Shown: positions 50,718 to 62,829, counted from the first letter of the whole stretch. The stretch: 63,462 bases of DNA, filler included, from Choristocarpus tenellus KU-1152 (GCA_964200185.2; 10 parts of 10 records of this genome joined end to end with filler, not necessarily neighbours in it); one strand, 5' to 3'. Numbers and translations: made by a program. Notes: generated by a model from the sequence alone, not told the origin.

Positions 50718-52188
50718 GTGAGTAACACTCACCACTATTGTCTTAATAAGAATAACCAGAACCATTAATGTGCTCAGAGATGATCCTTTTTTTTCGAGGT
50801 GGGGGGGGGGGGGAGCTTGAGAGGCATTTTACAGGAGAACATAAAGTGTGCCAATAACGGCAAAAACTGCTGTACGTACGGGCTCTACTATGTATTTTTT
50901 TTTCAGTGTTGCTCTCCATCTTTTACGTTTATTTTTTTTTCCTTGGATGAAGGGGAGTGCCCCAAGGAGGGATACCCCCCCACCCAGTTCTGCTCGGAAG
51001 GGGACCAGGTCAATAAGCTGAGAACAATACAGAAAACCTACATTAAGAAACTAAGTGCACTGTGAGCTGAGGTGACAAGGAAGCAAATGGATAGAGCGGA
51101 ACAGAACAACCGTACTGTTACAAAAAAAAGAAAAAGAGTGTGAAGTATGCAACGGGATACCCTATGCATACATACATAAGACACATGCATTAAGCACTTG
51201 CGTAAGGAATACATAATAATACCCGCTTTTTTTCTTCTTTTTGGGGGGGGGAGGGGGGGGGGGACGGATGGACGGATGGATGGAGGAGGCGAAGAGTATA
51301 GGTATGCCCTCTGTTGTCAAACTTCAGTCCTATCCCNNNNNNNNNNNNNNNNNNNNNNNNNNNNNNNNNNNNNNNNNNNNTTAATTAATTAANNNNNNNN
51401 NNNNNNNNNNNNNNNNNNNNNNNNNNNNNNNNNNNNTCAATGAAAAGCTCCATCCTCAATTTTTGAAATCGGCTGTTAAATAGTAAATAGGCAGGCATAT
51501 CTCTGCTTGAACTTTACGGCACAAACCAGCACCACTGGAAAGGACCTAAGGTGTGACCATACTATGATCCATGGAATGTCCATTTGTCAATAATCTTTCG
51601 GCTTCTACCTACACACATGTGCTATACCTCTCGTACGGTATGTCTTTGCGTGATCATAAGGCATTCCTGTTCCATCCTCACTCCAACAGAGAACATGCTC
51701 ACTGCTGCAGTTGAATTTGTTCTGTCCAAATTGCCTTATCGCCAGAAACGGGAAGCCCAATTCAATCACATTGATATTCTCGGCTGATAGCCATAGGGCA
51801 CCTGCAAGTCCTATCCCATTCACGTCATCCACTATCTTCGTGAAACCTTTGAGGCGACTATTGTAGCCTCTTGATTCCGAATTCTTGAGTGGGTGGAGGC
51901 TGGTAACCCAAACTTCTTCCTCGGATTCACAACATCCAGAACATTTGCTTTTTCCTCTGTCGAGCTTCTTCTGCTTCCCTTACTTTCCGTACACAGCCCC
52001 TGTACTCGTCTGTACTCCTCAATGCCCTGGGTCAGGTACCCTAAAGCTTAGTAACCACGAGTACCCCTCTCCTTCATTGTCTAGCCCTGCGCTTACTTGC
52101 TCCGTAACGACTTCTCGCAAGGAACCTGCACCAATCATATATCCCGAGTGTTGGTCTCTAACACCCAAGGTCTGATCCACAGCACTTG

Positions 52189-52447
52189 GTCGTCCTATCT
52201 TAGAGGGGGATGTTTTAGAGTATATTGGACCCTGCTGAACACCTTTCTGGTTTATGAATGTGCCTCTAGCTCTTCAAGTTGTGATTTCTCGCTTGTGTGA
52301 TCAAACCGTTGTTGTCTCTTCTACAGCTACACCCTCCAGAGGGGTGATGACTGCAATTCAGTCATGGGATGGGGTATCAGGTAGAAAGTATCAAAAGTCT
52401 CAAGTACACAAAGGTCCAAAATAGACCCTCCTTTAAGATAGGATGGC
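52189..52447. mobile_element. Putative second MITE (family B)
   Basis: Imperfect TIRs GTCGTCCTATCTTAGAGGGGG / CCCTCCTTTAAGATAGGATGGC, 259 bp, single copy in the window. Confidence 0.45.
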
Positions 52448-53311
52448 TATAGTCATTGTCCTCTTCACCATGGCCTCCACGCTATATGGCAATGCTTGTC
52501 ATGTAAGCTTTGGATCATCAAAACCAGATTTGTCTGAAATGAAAGTTGGCAATAAGTGAATTGAACATGTACAAACAGGAACGACCTTGAGGCTCATTGG
52601 TCAATGGAATCTGCTCCCCATACATTTATTTTGGGTGTTTGGATACAATCCATCCCAGACTTATATTAGAAAATCTGGTTTTGATAAATGAAAGTCCATG
52701 TGGGAAGTACTATGGGTTGTATACGTGTACTATTCCATCTGGTGCTACACCACAAAACGCCTGACCAAGAATGAGGTGGCAAGGCTTCCTTGCCAAGCAA
52801 CGCCAAGGCCGATCCACCACAAGATTCACGGGAGGAGGCGGAGTGGTGAGTGGTGGGATCGCTGAACCCATTGCACAAGAAGCAGACATAAGCCTTGGCA
52901 GTTCGATAATCCACCATGCAACAGTTAGATACATAATGGAGTTGCCATGACCATGGGCTGGGACAGTCCTCTTACCAAAGTGAATACTAACAACAAGAGA
53001 TATATAAAAATTGATACGAATGAAGAAATCAGGGCTGTGCATAGACTGTCGGCTAATTGTGAGTCTGTCCTGTCTGACTGGACTACAGACCGGTTTCACT
53101 ATCTCTCTGGAGACCCTAGACCGCACCGATCAATACATATTCCCATATTGCAAAACAAAAACTCTCAATGGTAGCTCTATCCAAAACATTTTGTCCGTGT
53201 TCACCCTTTCCTCTAAAGTCCTATTATCAGGACAACATTCGTGGCCCAGTTGCTCTTTAACATCAATTGTTCGTTGGCCATTTAATGTCCAAGTCAATTA
53301 GCTCTGTTATT

Positions 53312-53569
53312 GAGCCAAAGTATATTAGAGGGTAGAGCCGAGTCCATTTGGGAGCCAAAATACAATGTTGTGATTTCGATGTAATTTGGGCTATCGTGTT
53401 TGTTAGGAAGTGTCAAAATCCTTGCTCCGGACACATCTTTTCAGAACGTATAAATATTACCTACTCCGAAACATTTTGGAGTAGGAAAATGTCATAAAAA
53501 CCCCCAGGGAAGCCAAGCCCCAAATGGACTAAGAGGGAAAAACTTGTACCCTCTAAGATACTTTCACTC
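53312..53569 (+). mobile_element. MITE family A copy 8
   Basis: GAGCCAAAGTATATTAGAGGGTAG…TACCCTCTAAGATACTTTCACTC, 258 bp. Confidence 0.9.
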
Positions 53570-55704
53570 ATTTCTACATATTCCCATTAGCCCAAGGACT
53601 ATCCCAACAATTATTCAGAGCCTCAACACAATTTTGTACTTCTCATGCGAACTTTTGCAACAGCTGTTAAACAACTGATCGTATCCCCTCCATTCATGCG
53701 TTGCTTCTCGTGCATTGGGTTCAGCCATCCCGATCCTCATCACTCCGCCTCCTCCCTTAAATATTGTGCTGGACCAGCCTCAGCATTTCCTGGCAATGAA
53801 GCACTGAAAACTCGTTCTTGATCAGGCGTTTTTGAAGTGCAAAATCACACTCCAAGATGAAAAAATACACCATTATTGCTCATTTTCTCCTCTCTGTTCC
53901 TTCATTTTACGCATGGTTGAAGTAAGGCAGCAACCATGCAACTCCTTCTGGACATCCTCCAGAATATTCTTCTCGAACACAATATGGAGGAACGTAACAA
54001 AGCCACCACCTTCAAAGGCAACTGAGGCACTATTGTCTCCAATAATCAAGATCACATGTTTGTCTCGATACACTAGGTCATTCACCAAAACAAAATAGAA
54101 TACATCGGTTTGGTTCTTGGCTGTCTGATCAGTTAGCACAGCCAACTTTATCAGACCATACAACACCATATAAACAATCCCATCCAAAAAATACAAATAT
54201 GGGGTAACTTCAATCCATGTCCGAAAAAATTATCGCGTTCAAAGAAGGGGAAGTCCTGATGGCATCATAGAGTGCTTGCACATTGAGTTGAAATATGCCC
54301 TGACTTGAAGTACAAATAGGTTTGGGGTCAAATGCTATAGCCATACTCTTTACATCAATGGTGAGGATAATATATAGGAGTCCCTGTGTAACTCTGCTAA
54401 TTGGCCGTAAATTCCTTCCCTTCTACATGAAGTGAAGCAACTCCTCAGAGCTACCTGACCATACTGACCATCAGGCTTCAGGTCTTTCTTCAGTGAAGAC
54501 TCAATCACTGCCACCCAGTCCCCCCTAACGTTTTCATCAAAAGCACCAGGAGAAGAGGTAGTGCCCCCCCCTCCAAGCTCTCTTCTAACTCATTACCCTC
54601 TTCATTCAAGGAAAACGCCTTTTTCGCCTTAGCTCTTGTAATTTAGAGCCTGCATCTCCTTCGATTCATCATCCAGGCGATTTATCTGTAGCGGGTAAAA
54701 GGAAGGATATATAGTCCTCACACATTCGCTGGGGACACAACTCAACACTACAAATCCTCAAGTGGCACAAAGGCAACTTCAAATACAAATTGAAAGGTCT
54801 TGATTTTGAGCGGACAGCACAGATATCGGTAAAAACAGTAGTAGAGTGTAGGAAGCACATCTGCTTCCTTAAGTGTTTTTCTTCAGGCTCTTCTCTTTTG
54901 TCGATTTTCAAATTCCAGAGGTCCTTCAGTAGTTTCAGCTCAGCAGTCGGTTGATTGTTGGTGGAACCGATGGTGGACTGTCCGTTCCCCAGAGGTGTAG
55001 CACTACACGTGATCTGTGGGTTACGAGCGTTCAAACTGGTGTCCATGAGTATACTATTGATGATCTTCATCGCCACCTTTGCCTCGTCCAGGTCTTTCCT
55101 TGCCTCATCGACCTCCTTTTCTTCTCCTTATGTGCCATGCTCTACTCTCTGACCTTCATAGCAGAAGCTGATTCCTATTTCTTCACTTGGTTCTTTTTGT
55201 TCACAGTACCCTGCATCCTGTCCTCAACATCAGCATATTGGGCTTCCACATTGGACTTCTGAATTTGTAGCACATCCACGGCTTCGAGGCATCCTTCATA
55301 GCTGTAATTGCATCTTCTGTCTTTTCCACGGCTGAATCTGCACTCCTTTGCATGGTCGTTGCCTCACCCAAGGATGGTACATTCACCTCCTGGCGTTCTC
55401 GTCCACAACGTCCAGCCGCTTGAGCATTTCAGACACGTGTTGTGACTGAAAAACTATGTCGAGATGCGTATCTTTCAGCCCTGGCCTTTGCTGCTCTCTT
55501 TTTATCGCTCGGCTCCCTCCCCCTAGAGAGGCTGTAGTAGCTTTCGTCTTCATCTTTGGTTGAGAAGTTATCTCTGTGGAACGAACCACACGATTCTTGA
55601 TTTTGAACACCCACCTTCTTACTAAGGCACTATTGTTTCCCATGCCCCCAGACAGAATTTGTAGAATTTTAATGACAATATTCTCCACTGTTTGTCACAG
55701 GTTT

Positions 55705-55886
55705 CTTCTTATACTATCTATCTATCTATTATTATGCCCTCTGACATTTTGCAGATGTGTCAGGGGGAAAACAAATTAAAACTATACATATGTCAGTACA
55801 AGACCTAAAGAAATTAAATATAATAAATACGATAACACTATAAAACACTGTAAGTGTGAGAACCACTAATCTATCAGTTACTTCAC
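55705..55886 (-). mobile_element. Dispersed repeat / retroposon-like 3' end, copy 3
   Basis: Reverse complement matches 36183-36345 and the 15241-15293 tail. Confidence 0.65.
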
Positions 55887-56258
55887 TATCAATACTGTAC
55901 TACTGTCTTCCTGTGCTTCCCACCTACCTACTCCTGCGCCCCCGGGAGGGGGGGCTAGGGAGGCATCCCAAGAATCTAACAAACCCCTCCGTGCCCATCT
56001 CNNNNNNNNNNNNNNNNNNNNNNNNNNNNNNNNNNNNNNNNNNNNTTAATTAATTAANNNNNNNNNNNNNNNNNNNNNNNNNNNNNNNNNNNNNNNNNNN
56101 NCCGTTCTCAAAAAGCCACTACCCCTACCCCTTACCCTCGCCCCTCAAAAAAAAAAAAAATAAAAGTAACCCCCCCCCCCCCCCCCATGCCCCATCCATA
56201 GGACAGTACCTCATGCCAATTCAATTCAATTCAATTCAACTCAACTCGACACCCCCAC

Positions 56259-59200
56259 CTCACAAGCTCGTTTATATCCTCTGAGACATTGCCTCCCTCC
56301 GAATAAAGCAGCTCCATTACCAATCCAACCTCCCTGTCATACCTTGCTCCATCCCCATCCCCATCCCCATCCCTAGCCCTAGCCCTCGCCCTCCCCTTGC
56401 TCCTTTCTGCCCCTCCTCTGCCACTGCTATTAAGGTCATTAACCTCCTCCTCCTCCCCCCCCCCAGCGCCATCAGGACCACTTCCGCCATCACTGCCCAG
56501 CAAGCCCGAGGCACCACTGACATCTATCGCAGTAGTGCCATCAGAAGAGCTCTTCTCCTTCTTGTTGATGATGTCAACTTCAGGACGCTTGTGGCAGAGG
56601 CGTTTCTGTGTGGTAGTCGGTGCGTCTCTAGATATAGGCAGGCGATGATGTTCACCGTTGTTGGTGTTGCTACGGTCATAATTGTTCAATACCACAGGCA
56701 GGCATTTTTGCAGGTGTCTCAAGGTCTGCTGATAGCTGGGGGGGCTCAGGGACCGCAGTTGGAGGGCCCTGTTGTACAAATACAAAGGGTTTTTCCCCCG
56801 ATTGAGGAGGCGTTATTGGGAGAGAGAGAGAGAGAGAGATGTTTGGTCAAATACTGAGAAAATAGATCAATTACATTAGTAGATGTGTTGGATGACACAT
56901 GTCGGACACTATTATTGTATAAATGGCATTGTTAAATATAACCAGTATCCTATTATTGTGAAACATGTATCTGGACATTAGGTATGTATGCTATTGAGGA
57001 ATACAAATATTGCAGGCATAAAGGGGGGGGGATACTACTACTGCTACTACTACTGCTACTACTACTTCTACTGCTACTGCTACTGCTACTACTACTACTA
57101 TTGCTATTACTATTGCTATTACTACTACTACTGCTTCTGCTGCTGCTGCTGCTTACTACTACTACTGCCACTGGTTCTACTACTGCTACTACTACTACTA
57201 CTGCTACTGCTATTACTACTGCTACTACTACTACTACTACTGTTACTGCTACTACTACTACTACTGCTACTCCTCCTCCTGCTCCTGCTACTAATACTAC
57301 TATTACTATTACTATTACCCCTACTACCTACTGCCTTTCCCCACTCCCTTACTGAAAGATAAATTCGATTCAACCATCCACCCAACCATTCACCCAACCA
57401 ACCACCCACCCACCCACCAATCCCCTCATCCATCCAACAGACTTCATCCCACGATGATAAAATATTAACTAAAAAATATCCTGCGGTGGAGTGATTGTTG
57501 TCATTAAAATATTAAAAAATATCCTGCGGATGCACCTCATCAACAGTCAGTACCAATAATCTGTAGATAGATAAATAGATAGATAGACCAGCAGCACATG
57601 CTGGTTGGGAAGGTCTACATCGAGACAAAACATAACAGACGCACAAGAGGACAATAAACTTTATTATTATTATTAATAATATTATTATTGCATCTGTGCA
57701 CACTTTTGTTCATATCCGTAAAAAAAAAAAAAGTGGTAATAAAAAGATATAGACAGGGTGCACACTGCAGCCATAAAATAAAAAAAATAATAAGGGGGTC
57801 CTGTGGACACTTGAATCGATTTTTTTTTCCTTTCACGATTTTTGCAAGAACGGTTTTATATATTTATATTTATGTTTTTTAACCTGTGACTAAAACCCCA
57901 CAAAGAACACTATCCACTTCTTTCAACATTTCCACTGTGTAAAATTGGAACATTTTTTTGGTAGGGCCATCCTATTTCAAAACCTCCCGAAGAAGAAAAT
58001 CATAGATCCGTTTCTTTTCTTTGCATTTCAAACCAATAAAAATAAAAAATTACATATTTTGAATAATGGGGGTAATATGTCATCGTCTCTCAAAAGCTCA
58101 ACCCAACCCTAATCCTGAAAGAAAAAGGAGATCATCCATCCATCCATCCATCCATCCACTTCCTTTTATACTCTGCTGTCAATAAAAAAACACTATCATA
58201 CCCAACAGTACATTGAGAATTAATCCACCACTACCAACCCTAAACCCTAAGCATGTAACAACAGGGATAACACTTAGCCTCGCTCACCCAGGGGAAGGCC
58301 TTCCATGATTAAGCAAAGCCTTGACCTTCGACAGTCCTCCATCGACAGTCATAGACTGCGGGGCTGTCAGCACCTGGAGAAGGCGTTATTGTTTGTGATA
58401 GGGTTAGGGTTATGTTTTAAAGGTGTAAAGAAGGCGCTATTGTTTGTGATAGGGTTAGGGTTATGTTTTAGAGGTGTAAAGAAGGCATTATTGTTTGTGA
58501 TAGGGTTAGGGTTATGTTTTAGAGGTGTAAATAAGGCGCTATTGTTTGTGATAGGGTTAGGGTTATGTCTTAGAGGTGTAAAGAAGACGTTATTGTTTGT
58601 GGTAGGGTTAGGGTTATGTTTTAGAGGTGTAAAGAAGGCGTTATTGTTTGTGATAGGGTTAGGGTTATGTCTTAGAGGTGTAAGGAGGGGGGTTAGGTGG
58701 AGGACAGCACAACCTCCTGTGGAATCGTCAACCACACAGAAATGTACACATCTAAACTAAGTTAAAAGTTAATAGTACATGCAACATAAACATCAATAGT
58801 GGCAATTAACTTCTCCATGGCAAACTGACTCTGAATATAGATACCGCAGTGACTTTGAAGACTCACGCTTTGAAAGCGCCATTACTATTATTATTATTAT
58901 TATCATCATCATTATTGTTACTGATGTTCACTACGTAGAAACAGTGAGCACATTAATATTATTGCTCTTGCTGGAGAGGAACACTGAGACTTCCCCTACC
59001 GAAAAAGACCTCCCTATGACAATGACAGTAACCCTAACCCTAACCCTAACCCTAACCCTAACCCTAACCCTTAGTTCGTCTTGAATATACTCTTAATCAA
59101 TCAACAGTGTAAATCGCAAGAGATACTTTGATATATCATACAGCATTTTTTTTCTTCAACTGAAGAAAAAATAAAAACTGTCCTCTTTAAGAGTACTCTA

Positions 59201-61641
59201 TGTAGGGGTATAAATCGCCAGGTTTGATGGTAGAAACAATGACAGAATATAAAATAAAAAAATGGGAAGAAAACAAATTAAAAAAACAAATTTAAATCTT
59301 TTGGTATGTATGTATCGTACAGTAACGATAAACAGAGCCTTGAGCATATTTTATGTTTAAATTTCCTTTTTAACTATTTTGATGTGTCATATGCTAGCAA
59401 AATTTGTAATCAAAACCGTTTTCTTAAAAAACGGAACAATTATCATTATTATTCTGGTATACCACGGTGTTACATATCCTATGGAAACAACAGACATAAT
59501 TTTAAAACAAGAAATATTTCTTTTAACCATTTTTTTTGTTGCATATCTATCATGTAACAAAAAACACATATTTTTAAAATGATAAAAAAACATTACTTCT
59601 ACTACACATATTATTATTATTTCATTTCAACAGGAGACTATTAACTGAGAGGAAAGACTGTAACTCTCTAAAAGAAGTATAATAATAATAATAATAATAA
59701 TAATATCAATAATAATACGCCAGTGAGGATGGATTATGTCAATTGAATTTATCACACATACAAACAAGAAAAGGCATACTGGACCTACCACATGAGCCAA
59801 TCTCTTCTCGCCAGTGATAGACCAGAACCAGGATAGTACCTCTTCTATATGCTCAGGTACTGCCTCACCTGCCATCCCCGGAGGCACACCCAGTACCATG
59901 TCACCCAAAGTCAGGGAGTGTGTGTGTGTGTGGGGGGGGGAATGAAATGACTCTGGTTATGGGTCTTTGACGGATAGTCTTTGTTTTATGTGAAGCAAGG
60001 TTTGTTTGAAAGACTTGGGCTGTACTGTGCGTTAATAGTTAGTACCTTTCCTTGTCCTCTGGTACAGCCTGGTTCTTGTCAAACTTCACTGGTACTCCAT
60101 ACATCCTTACTGGTACTTACTTCACTCTGTTCTTCAAAACGGGTACACGAGTCAAAGGTACTTCAAAGGTACTTCAAAGATATCTCAAAGAGGTACACCC
60201 CGAGTACTTGGGAACAGATTGTTGTGATGATTGTTGTGATGATTGTTGTGATGGTACTTGGGATAAGAGATGTCTCAGTCAAACTCTTGTTTCAAGATCG
60301 AAAAAATCCAAACATGACGCTTGTTGTAAGAGATACTGCCACAGCAGAGGTACTAATCTATCAAAATGCTACTAGTTATATTACCATATAAACTCAAAAC
60401 TAAACTGAGTGTCAAAGCAAAGCATCTAACATCACCCCAAAATATGAAGTTTTCAAAATGGTATTTTTTTTTTTAATTCAACATGTAGAAGAAAAAAGGG
60501 GGTCAATATATGTTGACATATGCTGGCCTCTACTCTAGACAGACTGCTACAGTATCATTTGTCCTATTTACACTTCGTAAAGTTGCACATCTCGGAACAA
60601 TGGCACCGCCTCCTCAACGGAAAACCAAGCAACAACATAACAATAACTGAAGAACACAGCCGTTCGTTGACACAACATACACACAACAAATATAAATACT
60701 ACAATGCATACAATAGAAATAAATATTACACAACACTTGATAAAAAAAAATATATACTACAAAACATACAATAAAAATAAATACTACAATGCACACAATA
60801 GAAATAAATATTAGAGTCAAAGTATCTTAGAGGGTAGAGCCATGTCAATTTGGGGGCAAAAGTCCAATGTTGTGATTCTGATGTAATTTTGGCTATCTTG
60901 TTTGTTAGGAGATGTCAACATCCTTGTTCGGACACACCTTTTCATAGCATATACATTTTACCTACTTCGAGAAGTTTCTGAGCAGGTAAAATGTCATAAA
61001 AACCCGTGGGAAGCCAAGCCCCAAATGGATTAACAGGGCAAAAATCGTACCCTCTAAGATACTTTGACTCATTATAATGCATACAATAGAAATATATATT
61101 ACACAACATTTAATAAAAAATATATATACTACAAAACATACTTCCAAAAAAAATAAATATGGCGAAAATAAACAAACCAAGCAACAGGTCCGCACTCCAT
61201 ACTTCCAAAAAAAACGCATAGCCCCCTTCCGAACAACAAACGCAGGAAACAAAAATAATAATAATTGCATCCGTAGCACACTCTATAGCACACTACATAG
61301 CACCATATCCATGCGAACCGAACCCCTTCCGGAATATCATCAACCGACCTCACTCTGACTAAAAAAAAGGCTCCTGTTTCATATTTCTCACTTCTTGGGA
61401 AAAAAAATGGAACCAATATATAACGACATAACATGACACAATCATTTATAATAAATAAATAATATATATATATATATAATTAAATTCAAGTCAAACACAC
61501 ACACACACACAGACACAGACACACACAACAGCAGGAATAACGGATGCAGCGGTTCAAACCACACCTCCTCACCCGGCTTGATGTGTGCCAGCAGTCCATT
61601 GATCACGATTGCAGGTGGCAAGTGATAACGGGGGTCACCTC
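56259..61641 (-). CDS. RNA12/YME2-like P-loop (AAA-type) domain protein, internal exons
   Basis: Exons 61641-61573 (GDPRYHLPPAIVINGLLAHIKP), ~59952/59904-59789 (DMVLG…EEVLSWFWSITGEKRLAHV), 58373-58288 (VLTAPQSMTVDGGLSKVKALLNHGRPSP), 56768-~56259 (ALQLRSLSPPSYQQTLRHLQKCL…EVGLVMELLYSEGGNVSEDINELV). The order of motifs parallels RNA12: PvvVIdNF / W..lv.nniAHVifl / isLsDas / GGRltDLq.lvr. Confidence 0.65.
57033..57328. repeat. Long compound (CTA/CTG/TTA)n trinucleotide microsatellite, intronic
   Basis: Direct observation. It explains the poly-L/Y/S/T ORFs. Confidence 0.95.
58378..58683. repeat. 51-bp minisatellite, 6 copies, abutting a splice acceptor
   Basis: Unit gaaggcgttattgtttgtgatagggttagggttatgttttagaggtgtaaa. 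Confidence 0.95.
59029..59070. repeat. Interstitial telomere-type repeat (TAACCC)7
   Basis: Seven perfect units, intronic. Confidence 0.9.
60814..61070 (+). mobile_element. MITE family A copy 9
   Basis: Near-perfect TIRs GAGTCAAAGTATCTTAGAGGGTA / TACCCTCTAAGATACTTTGACTC and a perfect TSD ATTA/ATTA. Confidence 0.92.
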
Positions 61642-61999
61642 CTGTCTACAACAACAGCAACAACAAACAACAAAAATTAAAAAAATAATAATAATAATAA
61701 TGCAGAAGGCGACAGACAAGAGAGCACAGAAAAAAAAAATGTTAAAAAAAAAAAAGCCCGAACACACCCACCCCACTACTGTTGTGTTTGCACATTCAGG
61801 TCGCACTCAAGGTTCAGTGGTAAACAGTTTTGTTTCATTTTTTACTTGTTGATCCTTGCGATATTTTGATATTGTGTGGTTGTTTCCATTTCTCAACAGT
61901 TCGGTTCGTTCATCAGTACTTGTCGTCAGGGGCATACCAAAAAAAAAGAGAAATACACAGAACGTTGCACAATAAAGAGGTTCAGTAAGGCGCTCTGGT

Positions 62000-62282
62000 C
62001 TGCCGGTTCCGGTACCAGTACTAAGGTACACCTTCCTCTGTCGGTCCCGATACCAGTACCAGGCTCCACCTTGCCCTGTCGGTTCCGGTACCAGTACCGG
62101 TACCAAGGTCTACCTTGCCCTGTCGGTTCCGATACCAGTACCAAGTTCCACCTTGCCTTGTCGGTTCCGGTACCAGTGCCAGGTTCGATCTTGCCCTATC
62201 GGTTCCAGTACCAGTACCAAGGTCCACCTTGCCCTGTCGGTTCCGGTACCAGTACCAAGGTCCAAAGGTACAAGGTCCACTT
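62000..62282. repeat. ~38-bp minisatellite, ~7 copies
   Basis: Unit gtcggttccggtaccagtaccaaggtccaccttgccct. Confidence 0.9.
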
Positions 62283-62829
62283 TCTAGACACATCTGAGAC
62301 TACATCTTTACGGTACAAGGATGTCATACGGTCCAAAACATGCCTGGTGGTGGACAAAGCTTCACCTTTTTTTGCAGCCCAGAGCCACAACTAGACCGTT
62401 GATCTGAGACCCATCAAAAGGGAGGTGGAGATGTGCACAACAAACACCATGGTTGTTTCTCATTGTATTGTTTTACTGCCACAATATTCTGGACCATCCA
62501 TGCATCACACTATTCTGTTCATTGGTTTTAAGACTGCAGACATTTAACTTATGTGCCACTTACTCCTATAGACCTCAATACACAAAAATGAAAAAAGAGA
62601 GGCGAGCACATCCATGGGCTGAAGCACACAACCAAAGTTATACTCCCAGTAAAACCATCAGCTCTGCACATATTTCAGAAACCAAACCAACATAAACACT
62701 GGTCTCTAGCGATCAGGCAAGGAACTGTTCTGAAATTTGAATAACTTCGTTCCTCCTTGAGAAAAAAATATATGAGAAGACAATTAACCAATATAAACAG
62801 CAAGCTTCTGCAAGGATCGGAAACTTCTG

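Noticed and set aside
54669-55688. Chain of minus-strand ORFs as a host gene
   Set aside because: Stops and frameshifts, no splice consistency, and embedded among repeats. Likely part of a decayed element and not assignable.
56953-57433. Poly-Leu/Tyr/Ser/Thr ORFs
   Set aside because: These are translations of an intronic trinucleotide microsatellite.
58305-58760. 17-aa repeat proteins (KALLFVIGLGLCFRGVK / TPLKHNPNPITNNNAFF)
   Set aside because: By-product of a 51-bp minisatellite lying in the intron upstream of a well-supported exon.
59029-59070. True telomere
   Set aside because: Only seven units, internal to an intron, with unique sequence on both sides.
61807-62394. CRISPR-like array or repeat-protein ORFs (WYWYRNRQGK…)
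   Set aside because: Head-to-tail tandem units without unique spacers, no cas genes, and a eukaryotic context.
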